A stretch of 64,000 nucleotides of DNA, taken from assembly GCA_012729785.1 (NCBI GenBank), contig JAAYCL010000044.1, positions 34,752 through 98,751 on the forward strand, in the 5' to 3' direction. The stretch comes from Chlamydiota bacterium. Lineage in GTDB: Bacteria > Auribacterota > Tritonobacteria > UBA1439. Below, one piece after another: positions 47,373 through 56,192 of this stretch. The number at the start of each line of letters is the position of its first letter. Within the stretch, counting starts at the first letter, position 1. A program made the translations under genes and the position numbers. The notes beneath the pieces are model-generated. The model saw only the letters and a program-made list of their open reading frames with translations, did not search any database and had not been told where the DNA came from.

Positions 47373-48358
47373 TCATCTCGCGAACGCCCGTCCGGGTGAG
47401 CTTCCTCGGGGGGGGCTCCGACTACCCGGAGTACTGCCGGGACCATATCGGGATGACCCTGTGCGCCACGATAGACAAGTACTCGTACATCACGGTCAAC
47501 GCGCTGAGCGGCTTCTTCGATCACAGCATCCGCATCAGCTACTCCAGAACGGAGCTCGCGAAAAAACTCGACGAGATCCAACACCCGTCCGTCAGGGAGT
47601 GCCTGCGCAGCATGGGGATCGAGAAGGGGATCGAGGTCCACTACGTCGGGGACCTCCCCGCGCGCACGGGGCTGGGCTCGTCGTCGTCGTTCACCGTGGG
47701 GCTGCTCCATGCCCTCTACGCCCACAAGGGGCGGATGGTCGAGAAGCGCCGCCTCGCCGAGGAGGCGGTACGGGTCGAACGGGAGATGATCGGGGAGAGG
47801 GTCGGTCTCCAGGACCAGTACGCGTGCGCCTTCGGAGGGTTCCTTCACCTGTCGTTCCGCCGGGGGACGGAGGCGGAGGTGCGGCACCTGACGCTGGCGC
47901 CGCAGCGGGTCAAGGCGATACAGGACAGGCTGCTCCTCTTCTACACGGGCCTCCAGCGGACCGCCCACGAGATCCTCGGGGAGCAGATGGAGAAGACCGA
48001 GAGAGGTGACGTGGACCGGCAACTCGAGGCGCTCGCCGCGCTCGTCCCCCGCGGGGCCTCGATCCTCTGCGAGAGCGACGACCTCTCGGAGTTCGGCGCG
48101 CTGCTCCACGAGAACTGGATGCTGAAGCGGGAGCTGTCGAGCGCCATCACCAACAAAACGATCGATGACTGCTACGAGGCGGCCCGGGCGGCGGGCGCCC
48201 TCGGCGGCAAGCTGTGCGGCGCGGGCGGGGGAGGGTTCATCCTCCTCTACGTGGAGCCGTATAACCAGGAAAAGGTCCGCAGGGCTTTGCGATCCCTCCT
48301 GGAGGTCCAGTTCTCGTTCGAGACCGAGGGAAGCACGATCATCTTCTACAGGCCGTAA
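47369..48358 (+). CDS. GHMP-family sugar kinase (D-glycero-D-manno-heptose 7-phosphate kinase HddA-like)
   Basis: ATGA overlap with the upstream gene. PVRVSFLGGGSDYPEY and GLGSSSSFTVGLLHAL are the GHMP motifs. Confidence 0.8.
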   Translation: MIISRTPVRVSFLGGGSDYPEYCRDHIGMTLCATIDKYSYITVNALSGFFDHSIRISYSRTELAKKLDEIQHPSVRECLRSMGIEKGIEVHYVGDLPARTGLGSSSSFTVGLLHALYAHKGRMVEKRRLAEEAVRVEREMIGERVGLQDQYACAFGGFLHLSFRRGTEAEVRHLTLAPQRVKAIQDRLLLFYTGLQRTAHEILGEQMEKTERGDVDRQLEALAALVPRGASILCESDDLSEFGALLHENWMLKRELSSAITNKTIDDCYEAARAAGALGGKLCGAGGGGFILLYVEPYNQEKVRRALRSLLEVQFSFETEGSTIIFYRP

Positions 48359-48372
48359 CGCGGAAGGCGGAT

Positions 48373-49104
48373 ATGGCAGCCAAACCGGCGTTGAGCGTCA
48401 TCATCTCCTGTTTCAATGAGGAGGAGAGCATCGGGGAGTGCCTGCGGAGGACGATGCAGGCCGTCCCCGACGCCGAGATCCTCGTCATCCACGGCGGGAG
48501 CGACAAAACCGCCGACATCGCCGAGGAGATGGCCCGCGGGAACCCGAAGATCACGGTCATCCGGAACCTCGACGACCGGGGAAAGGGGCACGCGATCAAG
48601 GTGGGGATCAGGCGGTCGTCCGCCGACGTGATGGTGCAGTTCGACGCCGACCTCCAGTTCATGCCCGAGGAGATACCGAAGGTCGTCCGGCCGATCCTCG
48701 CCGGCGAGGCGGATTTCTCGTTCGGCGCGCGCTTCATGAAGGAGTCCGACGTGGAGCGGTACGACTTCAGCTTCTTCCGTGTGATGGGCAACCGCATCGT
48801 GAACCGATACGTCAACCTCCTGACCCGGCAGCGGTTCTGCGACATCACGACCGGATTCAAGGCGTGGACGCGGGACGCGATCGAAAGCGTCGCCTTCAAG
48901 GACGACCGGTTTATCTACGAGGCGGAGATCGCGGTCAGGGCGGGGCTCGCGGGGCGCCGGTTCGCCATGGTGCCGATCACCTACTTCAACCGATACGGCG
49001 GCATCTCGGGACACGGGCGCGGGTGGAAGGAGCCGGTGAGCATCATCTGGACCGGCGTCAAGATCCTGATCTTCTCCACGCTGATACGCCTCTCCCTCTG
49101 GTGA
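48373..49104 (+). CDS. GT2-family glycosyltransferase (DPM1-like polyprenyl-phosphate sugar synthase)
   Basis: LSVIISCFNEEESI...DADLQF plus a C-terminal amphipathic or TM tail. Confidence 0.85.
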   Translation: MAAKPALSVIISCFNEEESIGECLRRTMQAVPDAEILVIHGGSDKTADIAEEMARGNPKITVIRNLDDRGKGHAIKVGIRRSSADVMVQFDADLQFMPEEIPKVVRPILAGEADFSFGARFMKESDVERYDFSFFRVMGNRIVNRYVNLLTRQRFCDITTGFKAWTRDAIESVAFKDDRFIYEAEIAVRAGLAGRRFAMVPITYFNRYGGISGHGRGWKEPVSIIWTGVKILIFSTLIRLSLW

Positions 49105-49245
49105 ACGGCTCGGGGGGCGCGGGCATGCGCGCCGCCGCAACCTCAACGGCGGCGTCTTGCTCGACGGGGTGGTGCGAGGTCCCGTTCCTCATAGCTGTTC
49201 TCATCCGCGCTCGTCGCGCTCTTTTTCTTCCTGTGCCTCTCCGGC

Positions 49246-49692
49246 ATGCTGCGTCACGAGATGTGGAGGGACGAGCTCCAGGCGTGGATGATCGCACGGG
49301 ACAGCGCGACGCCGGCCGAGCTGCTGCGCAATGCCCGCCATGAAAGCCATCCGGCCCTCTGGCACGTTCCCCTCTACGGCGTCTCGCGGGCGACCCGCGA
49401 TCCGCGGGGGATGCAATTATTGCACCTGTGCATCGCCACGGGTGCGGTGTGCCTTTTCGTGCGCGCCGCGCCCTTTTCCCGGGTACAGAAAGTCTTGTGC
49501 GCCCTCGGCTACTTCCCCCTCTTCGAGTACGGGATCATCAGTCGGAGCTACTCCCTCGGGATGGCGCTGCTATTCCTCTTCTGCGCGCTCTGCTGCATGC
49601 GCGCGGACATCATCTGGATCGCCTGTACGCTGGCCCTCCTGTGCCAGACGAATCTCATCGGCCTCCTCCTCGCCGTATGCGCCGCGGTGTAG
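49246..49692 (+). pseudogene. Probable remnant (N-terminal ~150 aa) of a PMT_2/GT-C membrane glycosyltransferase
   Basis: MLRHEMWRDELQAWMIARD...HESHPALWHVPLY matches the first-loop motif of the GT-C paralogs, but the ORF stops after 3 TM helices. The in-frame upstream sequence encodes a hydrophobic stretch without a start codon. Confidence 0.4.
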
Positions 49693-49799
49693 TATGTGCT
49701 CGGTCGGGTGCGCGGCGAGCGGCGTTGCGGCGCCTGGATCCGGGTATCCCCCGCGTTGACGCGCATTTCGCTCCGTCGGGCGCGCGCCATATCCGCCGT

Positions 49800-52073
49800 T
49801 CACACCCCCCCGTAGACCTCCAGTTCCGCGATGGTCCAGGGGTAGAGGTTGTCCATCCGGGTGAGGGTCATCCGGATGTAGCGCGCCTTCACGGCGGGGA
49901 AGGAGATCCGGAAGAGCTTCTCCCCCGGGTCCGCGATCAGCCGCTGCGTGAAATCCAGGTACGCCCCCCCGTAGTCGACGGGCGTCCATCTCCTGCCATC
50001 GTTCGAGATCTCCACGCGGGGGTTCTTGGGGCACTCGTTCGCGCTCTTGAGGATCATCCCGATCCCGGCGATCTTTTCGCTACGCCCAAGGTCAAGCTGG
50101 AAGAAGAGGCCTGCAACCTGGTTGTGCCGCGTCGACCATGCCGTCTCCTCCCTGCCGTTGATGGCCAGGGAGGCATCCGACGGGTGCGGGTACGCCGTCG
50201 CCGTCCATCCGTGGCGGGGAAGGGGGGCGCCCGGGGGGATCGCGGGGGCGGAAGGGCCCGGGAGGATCTCGTAGAGGCGGTCGCCGCCGGCCTTCACCCT
50301 GAGGGCCAGTTCGCCACCGAAGCGGTCGAGGCGGTCGAGCGTCGCGCGCCAGTCGTAGGCCGCCTCGGGATGGGCGCGAACAAGCTGCCACTGCCACTCC
50401 AGGCGCGGGAGTCTCCCCACGTGCAGGACGACGTAGCGGACGCCGAGGGAGCGCAGGATGTCGATGGTCTCCCGCGAGGGGAAGCGCTTCATCTGGTCGG
50501 CGATGATCTTGTACTCGGGGTAGGCGAACGCCGTCTGGCCGTTGACGATTCGCCTCCCGTGGAAGGCGGCCCAGTACATCGCGGCGGTATCGAGACCCAA
50601 CGCCCCCCCGATCTCCTCGGGTTCCCAGGGCATCGGGAGTTCGATGACGGGAGCGGTGTCGCGTTGCGCCATCAACCATCGGTATACCGCGGGGGGGTCC
50701 CGGGGCACGCAATAGAACGGTTCACCCCACGTGGTGGGGGGGTAGCTGGCATATTCGATGGTCAGAATCGCGAGGAGCCCGGCGCCGAGCACGCCCCGAC
50801 GGCAGAGACGGGCCGACTGGAGCCGGTCGGCCAGCCACTGCACGCCGAAGCCGGCCATGACGCAGACGTAAATAAGCACGACCATCCCCAGCCCCCCGAG
50901 CGTCCTCAGCGCCGGGAAAAAACGATAGACGAGCATGGAGGGCCCGGGGCAGAGCTTCACCCCCGGCGTGAGACATATCCACGGCCCGAGCGAGAGCAGA
51001 AAGGCGGCGAGGCAGATGGCGAGCGCGAGCGGGGGCATGTACGCGGGGAGGAAACGCGCCGTCTTCCGGGCGGCAAAGAAACCGATGGCGGCGAGGATCC
51101 ACGCCGCCGCGCCGAAGAAGTTGACCTGCCGGGCGTTCAACGAGAATCCCGCGGTAGCCCTGCCGTAGAGGATGTTCCCCGGAGACGGCGAGAGATAACT
51201 CGAGATCGCGGGGCATATCTCCTGCACCGTCTCGGCGTCCCAGGCGACCCGCTCCTCGCCCATCCCCTTCCTGATCGCACGCAGGGGGGCCGTCGCCGCA
51301 GCCAGGCAGAGGGCGAGGAGGGCGAGCATGGCGGCGGCCCTCGCGAGCCCGCCGGGGCCGAGTCGTTTGAGATTGGCGAGGAGGCCGAAGGCGAGCACGG
51401 GAAAGAAGGCGAGGCCCAGGTAGAGCCCCCCCACCATGTCGGAGAGGCACTGGACGAGGTACAGCGCGAGAGAGCCGGCGAGGAGCGTGAAGCCGGGCGC
51501 CCCGCCGCGGGAAAGGCGTTCAGAGAATTTGAAGAGGAGAAGGATGGCGAAGACGACCCAGTAGTTCGTCACGAACGGGGTGTATTGGAAGTTGGCGGTC
51601 CTGACCGGACAGAAGCCGAATATGGCCCCCGAGACGATGGCCGGGAGCTCCCCGCCGGTGAGATGGCGCACAAGGATGTACATCGCGAAAGCGTCGAGGG
51701 CGAGGGTGAGGAGATGGAGGATGTTGTAGGAGCCCACCGGGCTCCGGGTGAGCGCGTAGAGCGGGATGTACGCGAGCCCGACCATGTAGTTGTGAAAGAC
51801 GGAGGGAAGCGTTTGTCGATGCGGATGGTAAAACGGTGCATCGAAGAGGTCCCGGGGATGCCGGAGGACGTTGGCCCTGAAAAACTGGAGCACGGATGCG
51901 AACATGAGCGTGTCGAAGTCGTTGTCGAGCGCCGTGTCCAAATGGAGCGGCAGCGGCCAGGAGAATCCGACCGCGAGCACGATGAACACGCACAGGATGG
52001 CGAATAACCTCATCATATACCCCTTGATGCAGTGCCGGTCCGCCGCGCGCGGAAACGAGAAAACGACGCGCAT
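49800..52073 (-). CDS. Large polytopic membrane protein (YfhO/GT-C-like) fused to a C-terminal F5/8 type C (discoidin/CBM32-like) domain
   Basis: At least 12 TM helices in the N-terminal 400 aa. The C-terminus ...AWSTRHNQVAGLFFQLDLG...ARYIRMTLTR...WTIAELEVYG is the discoidin pattern. The start may be the internal MMRLFAIL. Confidence 0.8.
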   Translation of the reverse strand: MRVVFSFPRAADRHCIKGYMMRLFAILCVFIVLAVGFSWPLPLHLDTALDNDFDTLMFASVLQFFRANVLRHPRDLFDAPFYHPHRQTLPSVFHNYMVGLAYIPLYALTRSPVGSYNILHLLTLALDAFAMYILVRHLTGGELPAIVSGAIFGFCPVRTANFQYTPFVTNYWVVFAILLLFKFSERLSRGGAPGFTLLAGSLALYLVQCLSDMVGGLYLGLAFFPVLAFGLLANLKRLGPGGLARAAAMLALLALCLAAATAPLRAIRKGMGEERVAWDAETVQEICPAISSYLSPSPGNILYGRATAGFSLNARQVNFFGAAAWILAAIGFFAARKTARFLPAYMPPLALAICLAAFLLSLGPWICLTPGVKLCPGPSMLVYRFFPALRTLGGLGMVVLIYVCVMAGFGVQWLADRLQSARLCRRGVLGAGLLAILTIEYASYPPTTWGEPFYCVPRDPPAVYRWLMAQRDTAPVIELPMPWEPEEIGGALGLDTAAMYWAAFHGRRIVNGQTAFAYPEYKIIADQMKRFPSRETIDILRSLGVRYVVLHVGRLPRLEWQWQLVRAHPEAAYDWRATLDRLDRFGGELALRVKAGGDRLYEILPGPSAPAIPPGAPLPRHGWTATAYPHPSDASLAINGREETAWSTRHNQVAGLFFQLDLGRSEKIAGIGMILKSANECPKNPRVEISNDGRRWTPVDYGGAYLDFTQRLIADPGEKLFRISFPAVKARYIRMTLTRMDNLYPWTIAELEVYGGV

Positions 52074-52190
52074 CGCCCGCGGGGGAATGGCGCACCTGTT
52101 TTCCCGGAATGTCTCTCGCAGATGATGGTGAGGCGCCCCTGCGGCGGTCTCCGCCCGCAGAAGTTAATCAAGAAACGGAGGGCAAGTCAA

Positions 52191-52214
52191 TCTGCGACAG
52201 CGTCTGCGACAGCG
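52191..52214. repeat. Perfect tandem 12-nt direct repeat TCTGCGACAGCG x2 flanked by GTCAA/TCAAT
   Basis: Copies at 52191-52202 and 52203-52214, in the 480-nt divergent intergenic region. Confidence 0.6.
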
Positions 52215-52430
52215 TCAATGCGCGGCATGAACACGAAACACAACCGCCGCTGCAAAAGCGATATCCGGCGGCCTGCGCAGTCGCCCGCGGATTCAGGATT
52301 TGCACTTTCAGCGTGTTTGTTCTTTAGTATACTTGCCCCCGCGCTGCGTCGCCGTCGGGTGCCCCGCTCGTGTGATACGGCAGCGCTAAATCCGGCTTGG
52401 CCCCGGTTTGTCTAACTTCTCTGCCGCGAG

Positions 52431-52441
52431 TATACTATAAT
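52431..52441 (+). promoter_or_regulatory. Candidate -10 region TATACTATAAT (consensus TATAAT at 52436-52441) for the downstream radical SAM operon
   Basis: Perfect TATAAT lies ~133 nt upstream of ATG 52575 in the lowest-GC stretch of the window. The -35 (TAACTT) is weak. Confidence 0.35.
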
Positions 52442-52574
52442 CGTTTTCGCATCCTTGCGTGCACACCGGCGCAGTGGCGTTTTTGTAAACTTTTGCGCGG
52501 CGCGCCGGACTGCAAGGAGAAGAAGAAGCCCCGCCACCCTCTGATGGCGGGCGTTGCATAACACGTTCTTGTCC

Positions 52575-53633
52575 ATGAAGATACGGCATTTATTTCGGGC
52601 GGGAAAGGCTGTTCTTGAGGAGCGCCTCCTGGGCAGGCGGCGGCCGCTGGCGGTCTGGATCGACATCACCAACCGCTGTCCCGCCGGCTGCGCCTACTGC
52701 GACATCTCCAAGAGCGGGAAGAAGGACATGCCGCTCGAGGGGCTCCTGCGCATCATGGACGAACTCGCGGCTATGGGGTGCGTGCGTCTTCACCTCACCG
52801 GCGGCGACCCCCTCATCAGGGACGATATCGGAGAGATCATCGGGCGCGGGAAAGGAATGGGATTCCTCGTGACCCTTTCCGTCCGCGAACACTTCGTCCG
52901 GAGGCGGCTCGAGGCCCTGAAGAACGCCGATATGGTGTTCCTGAGCTTCGAAGGGCTGAAGGATGTCCACGAGGAGCTCAAAGGTAGGGGGAGCTTCCCC
53001 CTGCTCCTGGATGCGTTCAAGGCGCTCAGGGAGCGCGGGATACGCACGCTCACCACCACGACGCTCACCAGGCGCAACAGGGAGTTCATCCCGTTCATCC
53101 TCGAAACCGCCCGGAACTACGGCTTCGTCACCAACTTCCAGTGCCTTCACTATCCGCTGGGGGCGGCGGGAGGGGGGGGGTTCCGCCGGGAGCACCCGCT
53201 GGCGGAACTGCTCCTCGACGAGGAGGAACACCGCCGCATCGGGAACGAGCTCATCGCCCTGAAACGCTCCGGTGCGCCGATCGCCGACTCGGAGATGTGT
53301 CTCAGGCGCATCTTCATCGACTGGGAGGATCACCGCGCGATTTTTCTCCCGCGCCGGCCCCCGGGGCACCCGCCGTGCCGGGCGGGCCGGCTCTTCTGCC
53401 AGATCGACGTGGAGGGGATCGTCTACCCGTGCGGATCCACTTTCGAACGGGCCCGGAAGGAGCTCTACCTGAACGCCCTCGAGGTCGGGATGCGCAAGGC
53501 GTTCCGCGCCCTCCCCGAAAGCTCCTGCGCGGCGTGCGTGCAGGCGTGCCACGTGGAGCTCAACCTGCTCCTGTCGCTGAATCCGGGAACGATCATGCAC
53601 TGGTGCCGGCAGCTCATCGGAAAGAGGATATGA
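52575..53633 (+). CDS. Radical SAM / SPASM-twitch domain protein
   Basis: ITNRCPAGCAYCD is the CxxxCxxC motif. C-terminal Cys CRAGRLFCQ...CGS...CAACVQAC. Alternative TTG start at 52554. Confidence 0.8.
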   Translation: MKIRHLFRAGKAVLEERLLGRRRPLAVWIDITNRCPAGCAYCDISKSGKKDMPLEGLLRIMDELAAMGCVRLHLTGGDPLIRDDIGEIIGRGKGMGFLVTLSVREHFVRRRLEALKNADMVFLSFEGLKDVHEELKGRGSFPLLLDAFKALRERGIRTLTTTTLTRRNREFIPFILETARNYGFVTNFQCLHYPLGAAGGGGFRREHPLAELLLDEEEHRRIGNELIALKRSGAPIADSEMCLRRIFIDWEDHRAIFLPRRPPGHPPCRAGRLFCQIDVEGIVYPCGSTFERARKELYLNALEVGMRKAFRALPESSCAACVQACHVELNLLLSLNPGTIMHWCRQLIGKRI

Positions 53634-55063
53634 ACGGTTCCGGGAAGCGGAAAAGGGGGCGGGTGGCGCTCGTCAACCTGCCGCAGGTCGTTCCCGACCT
53701 GATGTACACCCCGCGCGTGAGGAAGGCCTACACGGACACGGCGCAGATACTCCCCAACCTCAGCCTCGCCTACCTCGCGGGGCACCTGGAGAAGTCTGGG
53801 TTCGAGGTCTGCTACGTCGAGGCGTTCGCCCTCCGGCTCTCCGCGGAGGAGATCGTCCGGCGGCTCCGAGAATTCGATCCGATCGCGGTGGGGTATAACC
53901 TGATCACGGAGACGTTCCTCGAGTCGCTCGCCTACATCGAGCGGATCAAGCAGGCGTTTCCCGTCCCGGTCATCGTCGGGGGGATGCACCTCTCCCTCTA
54001 CCCCCGCGAGACCCTCTCCCACGAATGCATCGACTACGGAATCGTCGGCGAGGGGTGGAGAAGTTTCCCCCAACTGCTCCATGCGATCGCCCAGGGAGGG
54101 CGGGACGTCGGCGGCATCGACGGTCTGGTACGGAGGGACGACGGAGGGGTGACCTGCGTTCCCCCGACCGCCGACAGCGTCCCGCTCGACCGGGTCCCGT
54201 TCCCGGCGCGCCACCTGCTGCCCAACGAGGCCTACTCGTGCGTGATGTCGAAGCGCCACCCTGTGACGGTGATGATCTCCAGCTACGGCTGCCCGTTCAA
54301 GTGCGCCTACTGCGACGTGGGCACCATCCGCCACCAGATGCGCAGCGCCGAGAGCGTTATCGCCGAGATGGAGGAGTGCAGGAAGCGGCACGGGATCCGC
54401 GAGATATGGTTCCAGGACGAGACGTTCACGCTCAACCCCGGGCGCGTCCAGGCCATCTGCGAGGCGATCCGCCGGAAGAAGCTCGACGTCACCTGGTCGG
54501 TGCGGACGCGCGCGGATCTCGTCTCGCCTGACATGCTCGCGTCGATGAAGGCCGCCGGCTGCTTTAAGATGCACTTCGGCGTCGAATCCGCCGACCCCGA
54601 CGTGCTCTCCCGCCTCGGGCGCTCGATGTCCATCGAGCGGATGCGGGAGGCGTTCTCCTGGGCGCGGGAGGCCGGCATCTCCACGCTCGCGTTCTTCATG
54701 ATAGGAAACCCCGGGGAGGACCGTCCCGCCCTCAAGCGCTCCATCCGGTTCGCGAAAACGATCCCCTGCGACTTCATCCAGGTGAACAAGTTGACCCCGT
54801 GCCCCCCCTCGCGACTGTACAGCCAGGTGGTGAAGGAGACGGGGAGGGACTTCTGGGCGGAGTACACCCTCGGCAGACGCGGGGCGATCGCGGAGATGGG
54901 GAACTACTTTTCCGTCTTCCCCCCTGGCGAGCTCGACCGCCGGCAGAAACAATTCTTCAGGGCGTTTTACTACCGGCCCTCGTACGTGGCCCGCAGGCTC
55001 CTCGCTGTCCGCTCGTGGCACGAGTTCGCGACGCTCGCCAGGGCGGCTCTCTCGATCCGATAG
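53630..55063 (+). CDS. Cobalamin-binding (class B) radical SAM protein
   Basis: ATGA overlap with the upstream gene. RVALVNLP...LSLAYLAGHLEKSGFEV (B12-binding domain). SSYGCPFKCAYCD. Confidence 0.85.
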   Translation: MNGSGKRKRGRVALVNLPQVVPDLMYTPRVRKAYTDTAQILPNLSLAYLAGHLEKSGFEVCYVEAFALRLSAEEIVRRLREFDPIAVGYNLITETFLESLAYIERIKQAFPVPVIVGGMHLSLYPRETLSHECIDYGIVGEGWRSFPQLLHAIAQGGRDVGGIDGLVRRDDGGVTCVPPTADSVPLDRVPFPARHLLPNEAYSCVMSKRHPVTVMISSYGCPFKCAYCDVGTIRHQMRSAESVIAEMEECRKRHGIREIWFQDETFTLNPGRVQAICEAIRRKKLDVTWSVRTRADLVSPDMLASMKAAGCFKMHFGVESADPDVLSRLGRSMSIERMREAFSWAREAGISTLAFFMIGNPGEDRPALKRSIRFAKTIPCDFIQVNKLTPCPPSRLYSQVVKETGRDFWAEYTLGRRGAIAEMGNYFSVFPPGELDRRQKQFFRAFYYRPSYVARRLLAVRSWHEFATLARAALSIR

Positions 55064-55069
55064 GCGCCG

Positions 55070-56161
55070 ATGAGGAAAAAGTACTCCCGTGTGCTCATCC
55101 GCCGGTTGCGCTCCGGCCGCCCGCTCCGGGCGTTCCGACAGGCGGTGAACGCCCTCGCCGTGATCGGGTCGGCCTGGAGGGGGAGGACGTTCTGCGCCCC
55201 GATCTCGGCCACCCTCGCGCTCACCTACCGCTGCACCCAGCGCTGTGCGATGTGTAACTTCCCGCAGCGGGTGCGAAGGGGTGCCGAAGAGATCCCCGGA
55301 GAGAGGGCGAAGGAGATCATCGGGGAACTGGCCAGGATGGGGGCGTACGGCGTCTCCTTCTACGGCGGCGAGCCGCTTTTGAGGAGCGACATCGTCGAGC
55401 TCGCGGCGGTCGCCCACCGCGCGGGGCTGACCGTGCACATACCCACCAACGGGATGCTGCTGACGGACTCCGTTGCGCGCGCGCTCGTCGAAGCCGGCGT
55501 CGATCTGATCACCCTCTCGATGGACGGGGCGACGCCGGAGATGCACGACCGGCAGCGCGGCGTGCCGGGCGCCTTTGCACGCCTGGGCGAGGCCGTCCGC
55601 AACGTCCTCTCCGCCCGGCGCCTGCTCGGCCGGGGCTGCCACTGCGCCCTCGCGGCCACGCTCACCGAGGGGAACGTTGATGACGTCGCGGGGATCGTGA
55701 ATGCCGCCCGCCGGCTCGGGGCGGACACCCTCTCGGTTTTCGAGGCGCAGGATCTCGGCGGCCTGTCGCAACCGTCCGCGGCGGAACGGGCGGCGTCGCT
55801 GCTGCGCGCCAACGAGCGGTTGCGCGAAGAGAAGATGCGTCTGCCCGACTTCATCGACAACTCCGAGGCGTACCTCGACTACTGCAGGCGGCTCTTCTCG
55901 GGGGAGAGGCCCGTTCTCAGGTGTTTCGCCCCGTACACCGACATCTTCATCGACGCGTATGAGGACGTCTACGCGTGCAACTATTTCTTCGGGATGGCGC
56001 AGCCGGTCGGGAACCTGGGAGGGGGGAGTGTGCGGGAGTTCTGGCGCTCAACTGCGTATGATTCCGCGCGGAGGGAGCTGAAGGGCTGCGCCGCGTGCAA
56101 CTACATGTGCCATCGGGAACTGAGCCTCATGTTCAACAGGGCGTCCCCGTCCGCCGTATGA
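55070..56161 (+). CDS. Radical SAM / SPASM domain protein
   Basis: LTYRCTQRCAMCN is the CxxxCxxC motif. C-terminal Cys VLRCFAP...VYACNYF...CAACNYMC. Confidence 0.85.
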   Translation: MRKKYSRVLIRRLRSGRPLRAFRQAVNALAVIGSAWRGRTFCAPISATLALTYRCTQRCAMCNFPQRVRRGAEEIPGERAKEIIGELARMGAYGVSFYGGEPLLRSDIVELAAVAHRAGLTVHIPTNGMLLTDSVARALVEAGVDLITLSMDGATPEMHDRQRGVPGAFARLGEAVRNVLSARRLLGRGCHCALAATLTEGNVDDVAGIVNAARRLGADTLSVFEAQDLGGLSQPSAAERAASLLRANERLREEKMRLPDFIDNSEAYLDYCRRLFSGERPVLRCFAPYTDIFIDAYEDVYACNYFFGMAQPVGNLGGGSVREFWRSTAYDSARRELKGCAACNYMCHRELSLMFNRASPSAV

Positions 56162-56192
56162 TACAATATCGTGTTCCCGTACAGCCATTCCG

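Noticed and set aside
28249-52214. Possibility that the short direct repeats represent a CRISPR array or IS terminal repeats
   Set aside because: There are only two copies each, units are 9-13 nt, sequences differ at every site, and no cas or transposase genes are present.
52074-52574. tRNA or small RNA gene in the 480-nt intergenic region
   Set aside because: No cloverleaf with an anticodon arm or a T-loop GTTC-type motif could be folded by eye. Only simple hairpins are present, so I report it as a regulatory region.
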